A DNA stretch of 64,000 nt, taken from positions 1-64,000 of IMG/VR virus record IMGVR_UViG_3300024261_002043; one strand, given 5' to 3'. Numbering within the stretch: the first letter of the stretch is position 1; each line of letters begins with the position of its first letter. The notes beneath the pieces are model-generated. The model was not told where the DNA came from, ran no database searches, and worked only from the letters and a program-made list of their open reading frames with translations. Position numbers and translations under genes: made by a program. This document shows, piece after piece, positions 8,626-17,498 of the stretch. The DNA is from a virus.

Positions 8626-10555
8626 CTAACTCTCCGGCATCGTATTGATCGAGTGAAATATCTTTTCCCTCATTTTCTTCTGCTTCTAAAAGCACTCCGC
8701 CTTTTGGACTCAAAATATTAACTAACGAACTAAACACAGACCTCATTTCCGGAGTCATAGCTGGCCGGACTGACGTCTTATACTCATAAGTATCACCGAC
8801 TTTGGGATCCGTTCCTTCAAACTTTGCGCGAAGATAATCATCGCCGTACGGACGCCTCATAGAGTCTTGAGATCTCTTGTTTGTTACCATTGTCTTAAAA
8901 TTAGGCATATGTGTAGTTAGAGGCCCTCTATCACTACTTTTTGACGTTCTATCAATTTGTGATTGTGCCTTTATTGGAGCATCCGGATCTGTTATAGACA
9001 ATTTAGAAATATCTACAAAGTCTTCGTCTTCATTCTCATTTTCATCGCTAATAGCTATTTTGTCAGCTGGCACGGCGGTTAACAGCTGTTCACCGGCTGG
9101 TACATCGGCAGAGAACAGTCCTCCACCTCCAGCGTCATCCCCGCCGCCTTCTTCTCCGCCTTCTTCTCCAGCGCCTTCAACGTTAGCATCATCTTTTTTG
9201 TCTTGAATTCTGCCTTCTATAATTTCATTAATTTGCTTATCAGTTAAACCTAATACGTTTTTTTGTACCCAGCGGCGGTCGAGCATACCTTCTGGTAGCT
9301 TACCAGCAATATCAAATCTGCTAGATATTAACTCTAGTTTTTGCAGCTGCGCGATGGATGATGGATTTGAAAGCCTTAAATCAAAGTCTAGAAGATCCTC
9401 TCCGTCGAAGCCATGAACATATAGGTGTATCATAGCCAATTTGTTAAGCTCTGCTATGACTGTCTTTTGAATTCTTTGAATGGTTCTACTAAATCTAATA
9501 TCTTCTTGAGCAAGTGTTGCTTTCGCCCCGACATCTTCGTCATAACCAAGATATGCTTTGGGTATCTTAAGCGCAGCAAACAGCTTTTTCTGAATATACT
9601 CTACGTCCTCTATGGCTGCGGCATTTTGTCCTCCAGCTAGAGACTCTATACGAGTACCGCTGTCACCACCTCTGACTGGTATAAAGTAATCCTCATCTAC
9701 GCTCAAAGGATTATATCTAAGGTCAACTCTGCCTGTTGTTTTATCAATTACAGGCGCTTTCTTGAGGGTAGATGTTGCTTGCTCTATATAGTTGGAGACA
9801 TCTTCAGGAGGTACATTACCTACATCGATATAAAACACTCTTCTTTCTGGTGCTCTTATGACTCTATAAACTAGCATGGCGTCCTCTATCAGGATTAGCT
9901 GACGCCAGATCCGGCGAGCGGACTCTAGAACGCTTGACCCGTAAGGCAAAAATGCATCATTACCCAAAAGTCGAAAGTGGGATATTTGCCAGTTTTCTAG
10001 CGTAGAGTTTCCCTGTGTTAACCAGCGAAATCTAACTGCTGACGGATTTTCCGGATCAAATCCTTCTTCTCTTTCCATCTCTGATATTGGAATAGGAAAA
10101 GCTGCTACGACGCCATAGTTCGGGTCTATATCATTGAATAAAAAGAAGTCTCCGTACTTACATAAGTTTCTAACCCACATTACTAGGTTAAACTCTACAT
10201 TTAGAGTATCGTAAAATAAGGTATCCAGTATTTCTTTCTTTATATCATCTTCACAAAAAATATGAAGTACTTTTCCATGCTCATCAGGAGAAACAGTTTC
10301 TTCAGCGTAGATATCCAAAGCAGAAGCTATTTCAGGCGTAGCCTCCATCTCACTAAAGTCACTGTATCTTGACATTCTGTCAAATGAACCGTACGCGCTT
10401 AAGGCGTTACTGTAGACATCGCTGTGCGCTCTGCGAAAAGACTCCACAGCAGAAGATTGCGCACCTGGTTGGGCATTTCTAACTCTTCTCTTTACTGTTG
10501 GTCCATTTCGAAACAATGACGTTAATCTTTGAAATATGTTACCTTTTTCGGCCAT
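8615..10555 (-). CDS. gp20: Portal vertex protein, T4 gp20-like
   Basis: LIEDAMLVYRVIRAPERRVFYIDVGNVP, EDYFIPVRGG, DVEYIQKKLFAALKIP; long acidic C-terminal extension. Confidence 0.95.
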   Translation of the reverse strand: MAEKGNIFQRLTSLFRNGPTVKRRVRNAQPGAQSSAVESFRRAHSDVYSNALSAYGSFDRMSRYSDFSEMEATPEIASALDIYAEETVSPDEHGKVLHIFCEDDIKKEILDTLFYDTLNVEFNLVMWVRNLCKYGDFFLFNDIDPNYGVVAAFPIPISEMEREEGFDPENPSAVRFRWLTQGNSTLENWQISHFRLLGNDAFLPYGSSVLESARRIWRQLILIEDAMLVYRVIRAPERRVFYIDVGNVPPEDVSNYIEQATSTLKKAPVIDKTTGRVDLRYNPLSVDEDYFIPVRGGDSGTRIESLAGGQNAAAIEDVEYIQKKLFAALKIPKAYLGYDEDVGAKATLAQEDIRFSRTIQRIQKTVIAELNKLAMIHLYVHGFDGEDLLDFDLRLSNPSSIAQLQKLELISSRFDIAGKLPEGMLDRRWVQKNVLGLTDKQINEIIEGRIQDKKDDANVEGAGEEGGEEGGGDDAGGGGLFSADVPAGEQLLTAVPADKIAISDENENEDEDFVDISKLSITDPDAPIKAQSQIDRTSKSSDRGPLTTHMPNFKTMVTNKRSQDSMRRPYGDDYLRAKFEGTDPKVGDTYEYKTSVRPAMTPEMRSVFSSLVNILSPKGGVLLEAEENEGKDISLDQYDAGELDES

Positions 10556-10579
10556 CTGTCTAAATCCCTTTACGATGTG

Positions 10580-10586
10580 TAAGTAT
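10580..10586 (-). promoter_or_regulatory. Putative late promoter ATACTTA
   Basis: 25 nt upstream of the portal start. Confidence 0.5.
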
Positions 10587-10594
10587 TATAGCTA

Positions 10595-12187
10595 TTAAAG
10601 CAACCACTTAAAATCTACAGAGCCAGATATAGCGGGATGAGATTCATCCAGTTCTATCGGCATACCTTTTCTAGCTAACTGCTGCATATTATTCACATAT
10701 GACGGATGCAGGTTTCTTCTTTTTTCACGCTTATTTATCCCAAACGCTGCTAACATCGCTTGGTTTAGATCCACTGTATTTTTGGCAACAGAAACGTTTG
10801 AGTCGTACAACCCTATTCCTATTGCTAATGACATTACGAGATCATCATTTTTTCCACTTTGGGCCTGCGCTTTTGAGCCTGACCATATAAATGTCTTCAT
10901 TTCATCAGCAAGCCTAGAAGAGTATATAGAAACTTTGTCATTCCTTATCACTTCTTCTAGTTTAGTTAAAATCTTCGCCCTACTAGCACCCTGGGTAGAG
11001 AATCCGCCTTTTCCTATTGAACCGTCACCGTACATCGCGTTGAATTTATCTTTTTCTTTCGCAAAGTATATATTCTTATAGCCTAGTTCGTTAAGCTTCA
11101 TTAATACAGCATATCCGTATGTATTACTCTCAGGACAAAGTTCTGCATCTCCGTACCTTTTGCCCGCCTCAGCGAGCAAAATAGCTAATTGATCTGGTGG
11201 CACTTTGCCTTTAAACTCAGCAACCACCTCAGATTCTGTCTTATCTATGACATGGAATGTAGAGTAATCTTTGCCGTCGCCTCTTGCTACATCAGCAGAA
11301 ATAACATACTCGTGATCACTTAAATGATACTTCCATACCCACACATTGTTTTCAGGACCCCAGCGCTCGATTGGAGTACGAATATTCATTCTAAGCTTCT
11401 GTATATCTTCCTTTGCTAAGAAGGTATCACCAGAAGCTTGAAAGTCGCATAACAGCTCTTGCGCAATTTGCTGCTTATTTAAATTCTTTGCTTCTTTTTC
11501 AAACCAGGTATCATTTCTTTCGGGATGCACGTCCCAAGGCAGTTTTATTGGGTTGAATTCGTTGTCTTGCTGCTCAGCGCCATGATAGATGTCATAGTAC
11601 TGCCCTCCAGTGCCGTTTGGGGTCGATACCAGTATTGCACGTCCACCAGTCGATAGAGTAGGATACAGTCCCTTCCATAGCTCATCAAAGTTTCTGATGA
11701 AAGCAGCTTCATCGACGATCAATAAGCTCAGCGCCTCAGAGCGACCCGCATCTTCGGAGGTGGGGACAGCTTTTATCATAGAACCGTTTGAGAACTCTAT
11801 TGCTTGAGTATTCTTTGTTGTTACTTCAGTGATCCACAACCACTTTGGGATGCCTGTTAGCGCAATCTTAACTTTTTTAATAAAGTTTTGAGCAACAGCA
11901 AGTTTAGTCGCTATAACGAGAATGCTCTTATCTTTTCGAAATAAAGCCATCCATACAGCGTACGCAGCAGATAGCGTGGATAAGCCTAACTGTCTAGACT
12001 TTACAACCACATTAAATCTGTGATCATTAAATGCCTGTAAACACTCGTCTTGAAACGGGAATGTATGAAACTCTATTCGGCCCTTAAGGGGATGCTGGAT
12101 CTGTACATATCTGTTTATAAAATATGATGGATCCTTTCCACATTTCACAATTTCGTTTATTTGCTTTTGCTTTGACAGTGGAGGCAT
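10595..12187 (-). CDS. gp17: Terminase large subunit, T4 gp17-like
   Basis: KSRQLGLST (Walker A), LLIVDEAAF (Walker B), STPNG, ISADVARGDGKDYS nuclease motif, DDLVMS. Confidence 0.95.
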   Translation of the reverse strand: MPPLSKQKQINEIVKCGKDPSYFINRYVQIQHPLKGRIEFHTFPFQDECLQAFNDHRFNVVVKSRQLGLSTLSAAYAVWMALFRKDKSILVIATKLAVAQNFIKKVKIALTGIPKWLWITEVTTKNTQAIEFSNGSMIKAVPTSEDAGRSEALSLLIVDEAAFIRNFDELWKGLYPTLSTGGRAILVSTPNGTGGQYYDIYHGAEQQDNEFNPIKLPWDVHPERNDTWFEKEAKNLNKQQIAQELLCDFQASGDTFLAKEDIQKLRMNIRTPIERWGPENNVWVWKYHLSDHEYVISADVARGDGKDYSTFHVIDKTESEVVAEFKGKVPPDQLAILLAEAGKRYGDAELCPESNTYGYAVLMKLNELGYKNIYFAKEKDKFNAMYGDGSIGKGGFSTQGASRAKILTKLEEVIRNDKVSIYSSRLADEMKTFIWSGSKAQAQSGKNDDLVMSLAIGIGLYDSNVSVAKNTVDLNQAMLAAFGINKREKRRNLHPSYVNNMQQLARKGMPIELDESHPAISGSVDFKWLL

Positions 12188-12196
12188 AATTTAGCG

Positions 12197-12565
12197 CTAG
12201 CTAACCTGTAATTTTATTCGAGCTCGAAAATAAGCAATTTTTCTTGGAGAATTTGATGTCGCAGAAATTAGCTCAACATCATCATCTCTAGACAGCTCTT
12301 TTGTAGAAAGCGCTCTATCTATAGACTCCTTAAAGTCCTTCTTTATCCTCTTCAAGCCGTCTGTAAAAATTTGGTTAGCTTGCTCCCTTTGTGTTTCAAC
12401 TTGTAAGCTAAGCGCTCTTTCACCAGCAAAATGAACGATCGTAGTGTATTCTAGCTCTAATACGTCTCCCTGGATCTTACTGGTCATTTTTCTTTCTTTA
12501 CTTGAGTATCCCCAAGATGTATTTGTCGCTTGCCCTAAGGCTCTTATTTCTTCGATATTAAGCAT
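12197..12565 (-). CDS. Hypothetical protein upstream of TerL
   Basis: 122 aa ORF with GGAG RBS, overlapping the upstream gene. Confidence 0.7.
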   Translation of the reverse strand: MLNIEEIRALGQATNTSWGYSSKERKMTSKIQGDVLELEYTTIVHFAGERALSLQVETQREQANQIFTDGLKRIKKDFKESIDRALSTKELSRDDDVELISATSNSPRKIAYFRARIKLQVS

Positions 12566-12806
12566 TTATGTTCTCCATTTTTTGAAAATCTTGAATTTTT
12601 TTACGGTAATCTTCAAGCTCTACTCTAGTAGGTAAATATCCTTCATCGCGGTTTAGATTTCTTAATGGCTCTAAAAATGTAATCCAGCAATCCATACAAC
12701 AGCCAGATAAAAAGTATTGTGAGCAATCATTAGCGTCCCTGATCATCAAGTTGCACATAGGACAATCAAGTGGAACGTATGAGCTATTGCTATGCGTATT
12801 CGACAT
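12558..12806 (-). CDS. Small Cys-rich putative zinc-binding protein
   Basis: 82 aa with CPMC ... CCMDC; overlaps SbcCD stop. Confidence 0.6.
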   Translation of the reverse strand: MSNTHSNSSYVPLDCPMCNLMIRDANDCSQYFLSGCCMDCWITFLEPLRNLNRDEGYLPTRVELEDYRKKIQDFQKMENINA

Positions 12807-15800
12807 TTGAGTCCTTACCTTTCTTTCTGATATCTAGAACATTATCAACTATATCTTTTACAGCATCAACGTGCGAAATGATTAGTATATTCGCAAAATA
12901 TTTCTTAAGTGAAGTCAATAATCTAGAACATGCTTCTATGCTCTTGTCGTCAAGGGCGCCAAAACCTTCATCTATAATAAGCACGTCACTTCTAGGAGCA
13001 TTACATACATTTATTAGTGCAACCCTTAAGGCTAATGATGAAATCATCTTCTCCATCCCTGAGCCGCACTCTATGATTCTTCTAGAGTCTCCATAATCTA
13101 TATAGATATCCATGTTGTTAGAATCAGGGTCAGCTTCTAAAATTAAATCAAAATTTACGACGCCTTGAAGTATTTTTTGTAGCTCATTATTGATTTGAGG
13201 AAGCTGTAAAGATAAAATTGTTAAAGGAATTCCTTTCTTATCAACAGATTGTATTAATGTATTGTAGGTTTCCCACCTAGATTTAACAGCACCAAATCTC
13301 TCATGTTCCTCGGTAAGCGTTAATTCTTTTTGCTTCGAAACGCTAATTCCTTCTGTCAAGTATAGCCTCTCTGCATCTAATTCGCTTATCCTAACCTCGA
13401 TAGATTTTAGATGTTTTCTCATATTAATTACAGCTTTATCTTTTTCTTCGTCTATAGAGCGTAGCCTCATTTCTCTAAGCAAGTTTTTTCCTTGCTCTAT
13501 TTTTGTAGAAATGCCTTGGTATTCACCCTCTAACTCTTTCATTTGAAGACGCATCTCTGAGTGATTTAGTCTTGACTCTTGCTCTTTGCTTATTATATCT
13601 TCATACTTTTTAAGTCTGCTAGCTAAACCTTTTTCGATTAAAGATTGTAGCGTAGAGCTTATCGACTTCAACTCTTTTTTAGTCGTCGATATTACCTTCT
13701 TTTGATCATCTACTTGCAAAGCACTTTTGCTAGCGTCTTTCACATATTGACATGTCGGTAGATGTTCAAAGCAATCACAAGGCTTAAGCTTTTCAGCTAA
13801 TTTTTTCTTGCTTTCAAGACTCTGGACTGCTAACTCAAGTTTGGCGTCAGTTAGCTCTTGCTGTGACATAAGACTTTTTTGTAGATCAATTTCCTCTTTT
13901 AACTCGCCAATAGGAAATTGTGACCTTATAGATTCTACCTTTTCTATCTTTCTGCTAATTGACTCTATGTCTTCAGATAGTTTTACGATACGCTTCTTTA
14001 AAGAGACTCTATCGGTCTCACTAACAGACAATATTTTGACTTGTTCATTCAGTTGGTCCTTTGTGTACATGTCAGATGAAGGAAGAGCTGCCAACTTTAT
14101 TCTTAGGTCATCCCTTTTCTTTTTTAAGCCTTCTAGCTCTGATTCAACTTCCTGTTTTTCAACCAGCAAGCCTTCTTTTAATTCACACTGCTCTGTTATT
14201 AGTTCTTTCCAGTTTCTATCAGGTGCTGTTCTCATTTCACCGCGGAGCTCAGAAACTTCATTTTTTGCAATCTTTAGCATATCGTCAAATATTTGAAGAT
14301 CCAAAAACCTTGTTAGTACAGCCTTACGTTGCGTTGAGCCTTCCCTGATAAATGCATTCATACTACCTTGTGCAGCAAATGAAGTCATCATAAAGTCTTC
14401 TATAGTTCCGACAAGTTCTCTTAAAGTTTTTTCCGTTTCTCTTCTCTGCTCTCCAGTTGCATCTTCAAGTGGCTCGCCAGCGTCGTCTATCTTAAATAGG
14501 TTTAAGTTCGTTGGTGCGGAGGTAACACCTTTTCTGTTGACCTTCTTTAGTGTTTGTCTTTCAGCTCTATACATTTCTCCAGCTACGGAAAAATCAACAG
14601 TCGCTTTGCAATAATTCTTTCTATTGTTTACAATATGCATATTCTTTAACGCGCCACGATCAGAGGTGTTAAATAGCGCATACGATATTGTTCCAGGAAT
14701 TGAGGATTTTCCTACACGGTTTTTGCCAAATATTCCTGTTATGCCATGGAGTGAATCAAAATTTACGACATTACCTTCACCATATGCGAATGTATTATCA
14801 AACGATAGCTTTCTTAATCTCCACTGATGTGACTTGGTACTTACTTGTTGCACACACCTACTAAAGACGTCCTTATGCAAAAATCTTAGCGACTCTCTTT
14901 CCTCATCACTTAACTCTAACTTAGACACGTACTCAGACATTAAGGCATCTTGTTGCTTAAAACTTCTTAGATCATTTCTAGATATTTTTCCTATACTTGT
15001 CGTAATTTCCGCATCAGATCCATTAAAGGAATTTTGCTCATTTTTTGAAACAACTTCGTATGCGTCAAAATTATCTTTTAAAGATCTTTGTAATTGCTTA
15101 AAGTCAACTTGAGTCATCCCAGAATGAACAACCCTAAACCTTGACCCTGACCACTCTTCCGGTAGCTGAGCTAACGTATCTACAACGTCCCCTGTCCACT
15201 TTATAGTTCGAAAAGCATGCGGATTATGCAGAGGTACAAAATCAACAGTGAAGTTGTCACGATCCTCAATTTCCCAAAACAAGAAACCTTTCTCTACATC
15301 TTCACCATAATTTTGTTGAATTGTTGATCCAGGATAAGCAATTTTTGGAGTAAAAAACTGGCGTTTATGTATATCACCTAACATTGTATAGTCGAAATCT
15401 TTAAAAAAGTCAACCTTTACACTGTCACCGTTAATTTCCCAATCTTGGTCAGTTAATGAACCGTTAACTGGTCCATGAAAAGCAGCTATGCTAACGTTGT
15501 CGCCTGATGGCTTTAAGTCAGACCATACCTTGGAATCGAAGCAGCAAAAAACGCCCCATTCAAAACCGGGAACGCCAGTAGGATATATTCCCGTTCCTTT
15601 CATCAATTGTATTTTGTCGTTATTTAACGAACGTACTATAGGTGTGATTGCGTCAAGTCTGTCTTCGTTAAACATTAGACCGTCATGATTACCTAATATT
15701 ACATGCACAGGAGCGATCTCTGATAATGATGTAAACCACCATCTAAGAATTTCAATAAGCTCAGGACTGATGCCTTGAGTCTTTGAGTGTACAATGTCTC

Positions 15801-15933
15801 CGCCTAGAAAAATAACATCAGGCTTAAGCCTTCTAAGCTCTTTGTACGATTGCTCAAAAACATGACGATATTCATCATGTCTACTAAGACCTCTAAAATG
15901 TATATCTGCGAAGTGTGCGCACTTAAAACTCAT
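12790..15933 (-). CDS. Fused SbcD/Mre11 nuclease - SbcC/Rad50 ATPase (gp47-gp46-like)
   Basis: N-terminal phosphoesterase motifs ADIH, GGDIVH, GNHD, FHG, LGDIHK; then GKNRVGKSS (Walker A), coiled coil, CGSGMEK signature, LIIDEGFGALD (Walker B/D-loop), IISH. Confidence 0.92.
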   Translation of the reverse strand: MSFKCAHFADIHFRGLSRHDEYRHVFEQSYKELRRLKPDVIFLGGDIVHSKTQGISPELIEILRWWFTSLSEIAPVHVILGNHDGLMFNEDRLDAITPIVRSLNNDKIQLMKGTGIYPTGVPGFEWGVFCCFDSKVWSDLKPSGDNVSIAAFHGPVNGSLTDQDWEINGDSVKVDFFKDFDYTMLGDIHKRQFFTPKIAYPGSTIQQNYGEDVEKGFLFWEIEDRDNFTVDFVPLHNPHAFRTIKWTGDVVDTLAQLPEEWSGSRFRVVHSGMTQVDFKQLQRSLKDNFDAYEVVSKNEQNSFNGSDAEITTSIGKISRNDLRSFKQQDALMSEYVSKLELSDEERESLRFLHKDVFSRCVQQVSTKSHQWRLRKLSFDNTFAYGEGNVVNFDSLHGITGIFGKNRVGKSSIPGTISYALFNTSDRGALKNMHIVNNRKNYCKATVDFSVAGEMYRAERQTLKKVNRKGVTSAPTNLNLFKIDDAGEPLEDATGEQRRETEKTLRELVGTIEDFMMTSFAAQGSMNAFIREGSTQRKAVLTRFLDLQIFDDMLKIAKNEVSELRGEMRTAPDRNWKELITEQCELKEGLLVEKQEVESELEGLKKKRDDLRIKLAALPSSDMYTKDQLNEQVKILSVSETDRVSLKKRIVKLSEDIESISRKIEKVESIRSQFPIGELKEEIDLQKSLMSQQELTDAKLELAVQSLESKKKLAEKLKPCDCFEHLPTCQYVKDASKSALQVDDQKKVISTTKKELKSISSTLQSLIEKGLASRLKKYEDIISKEQESRLNHSEMRLQMKELEGEYQGISTKIEQGKNLLREMRLRSIDEEKDKAVINMRKHLKSIEVRISELDAERLYLTEGISVSKQKELTLTEEHERFGAVKSRWETYNTLIQSVDKKGIPLTILSLQLPQINNELQKILQGVVNFDLILEADPDSNNMDIYIDYGDSRRIIECGSGMEKMISSLALRVALINVCNAPRSDVLIIDEGFGALDDKSIEACSRLLTSLKKYFANILIISHVDAVKDIVDNVLDIRKKGKDSNVEYA

Positions 15934-15949
15934 CTACTTTACTCCAATG

Positions 15950-16921
15950 TTATAATAGAGACCCAGACTTAATTGTACTAATTAAAGACTTAAGTCTGTC
16001 ATTTCGTGACCATGACTGAGCCGTTATCAGCGCGGCTTTGAAATCGCTTATAGACATCTCACCGACATCCTCAAAAAGTGATGTGTCTAATACTCTCACT
16101 GGTATGTCATAAGATGCAAGAAGGCGTGCGATATTTTGGGTCTTTTTATTTGCGTCGTTATCTAATGCAAGAACAACAGGCGTAGAATTTATTACAATCT
16201 TTCTAAACAGCTCGTGCTTTTCGCTTAACGTACTACCAAGCAAACACGTTGCATTTTGATTACACCTGAATAAATCAAAAGGGCCTTCCACCAGCGTTAG
16301 CTCTTCGCCCCAGTCAATATTAATTTCATTAAAGATAATATCAGCCCTCTTTACCTTGGGATTCATATACTTCATTTTAAAGTCATCAATTGATCTAGCT
16401 GTGTAGTAATTTAAGTTTCCGCTATCATCAAAAGATGGTATAATAATACGCCGGCGGTATCTTCCGCTTGAAACCGCACCTACTTTAAAGTACCACGTTC
16501 TCGACTCGCTTAAAAGTCTAGACTCTATGTACTTTTTGCATGCCTTAAGATCCGGATCTGCACCGTTATCTAAAGTTGATAGTAAGCGAAAGCCTTCAGG
16601 CAGCTCAAGGATCTCATCAGGTATTTCATCTTTTTCTTTTATTGTCTTTTGAAATATCTGTGAAGCTTCTGTATAAAACTTAGGAGCGTTGTATCTAAAA
16701 AAGCGAGATAACCCTTTGCCTCTCGTACCGCAAACCCAACAATGATAAAACTCATTGTCGACACGAAGACATAACTTCTTTTTATCTTTTCTTGAATACG
16801 TTGAGCAAGACTTATTAACACAGTTTATAGCGATATTAATTCCATCTCTATCTAAAGAGAAATAAGGAAACGCGCGCTGAATTAACTTTATTCTTTTCTT
16901 TATTAATTGATCTTCATTCAT
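15950..16921 (-). CDS. DNA primase (DnaG/gp61-like)
   Basis: Zn domain CVNKSC...HCWVCG; RIIIPSF; TOPRIM LVEGPFD and LALDND. Confidence 0.85.
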   Translation of the reverse strand: MNEDQLIKKRIKLIQRAFPYFSLDRDGINIAINCVNKSCSTYSRKDKKKLCLRVDNEFYHCWVCGTRGKGLSRFFRYNAPKFYTEASQIFQKTIKEKDEIPDEILELPEGFRLLSTLDNGADPDLKACKKYIESRLLSESRTWYFKVGAVSSGRYRRRIIIPSFDDSGNLNYYTARSIDDFKMKYMNPKVKRADIIFNEINIDWGEELTLVEGPFDLFRCNQNATCLLGSTLSEKHELFRKIVINSTPVVLALDNDANKKTQNIARLLASYDIPVRVLDTSLFEDVGEMSISDFKAALITAQSWSRNDRLKSLISTIKSGSLL

Positions 16922-17462
16922 TCTTAAAGCTGGCCGCCGCTACAATATATGCATCTGCTATATCATAACACGAATCAGCCGGGATTACAAGACCTTTCCT
17001 GATACCTGATTTAAGCGTTCTCATCGGCCATTCATATTCAGGCAATTTTAGCTTTACGAAATTAAGGACCTGCTCTTTTGTTGAAGTGTCAGATTTCCTG
17101 TCAACCTTTAGACCAACTTTTTTTCTTGCAGAGTTGACATTGACAAAACTTGGCTCAAGCTCGAAAACCTCGTTACATAAAAATGTCACTATACCATTGA
17201 ACCTTGCAAGGGTAACAATCGTTTTTGCGCTAGAAAAACCAGGTCGAAATGCCTGTAAGTTTTCCTCTATGCACACTGACGTTATATTGAGTTTTTTCTT
17301 AATATCACGTAACTCTTTTCTCACTTTATAGGCTTTTTCGAAGATATTTTTCTCTTTTGATAACTCAACAACAGAGGCATCTTGTAACGTGCCTTTTATT
17401 GTATCAAGTACACACCACCCAACGTTGGACGTTGATATATCTAGTCCTAAAACAAGATCCAA
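16914..17462 (-). CDS. RuvC-like Holliday junction resolvase
   Basis: LGLDISTSNVG, CIEE, DIADA acidic catalytic residues of the RuvC/RNase H fold. Confidence 0.8.
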   Translation of the reverse strand: MDLVLGLDISTSNVGWCVLDTIKGTLQDASVVELSKEKNIFEKAYKVRKELRDIKKKLNITSVCIEENLQAFRPGFSSAKTIVTLARFNGIVTFLCNEVFELEPSFVNVNSARKKVGLKVDRKSDTSTKEQVLNFVKLKLPEYEWPMRTLKSGIRKGLVIPADSCYDIADAYIVAAASFKNE

Positions 17463-17498
17463 GGCTAACTCCTTTCTTACGATAATTAAGAGCTTACT

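Noticed and set aside
10595-12187. Intein or intron in TerL, portal or MCP
   Set aside because: TerL has normal length; no intein termini or homing endonuclease motifs were seen; the MCP insert lacks splicing motifs.
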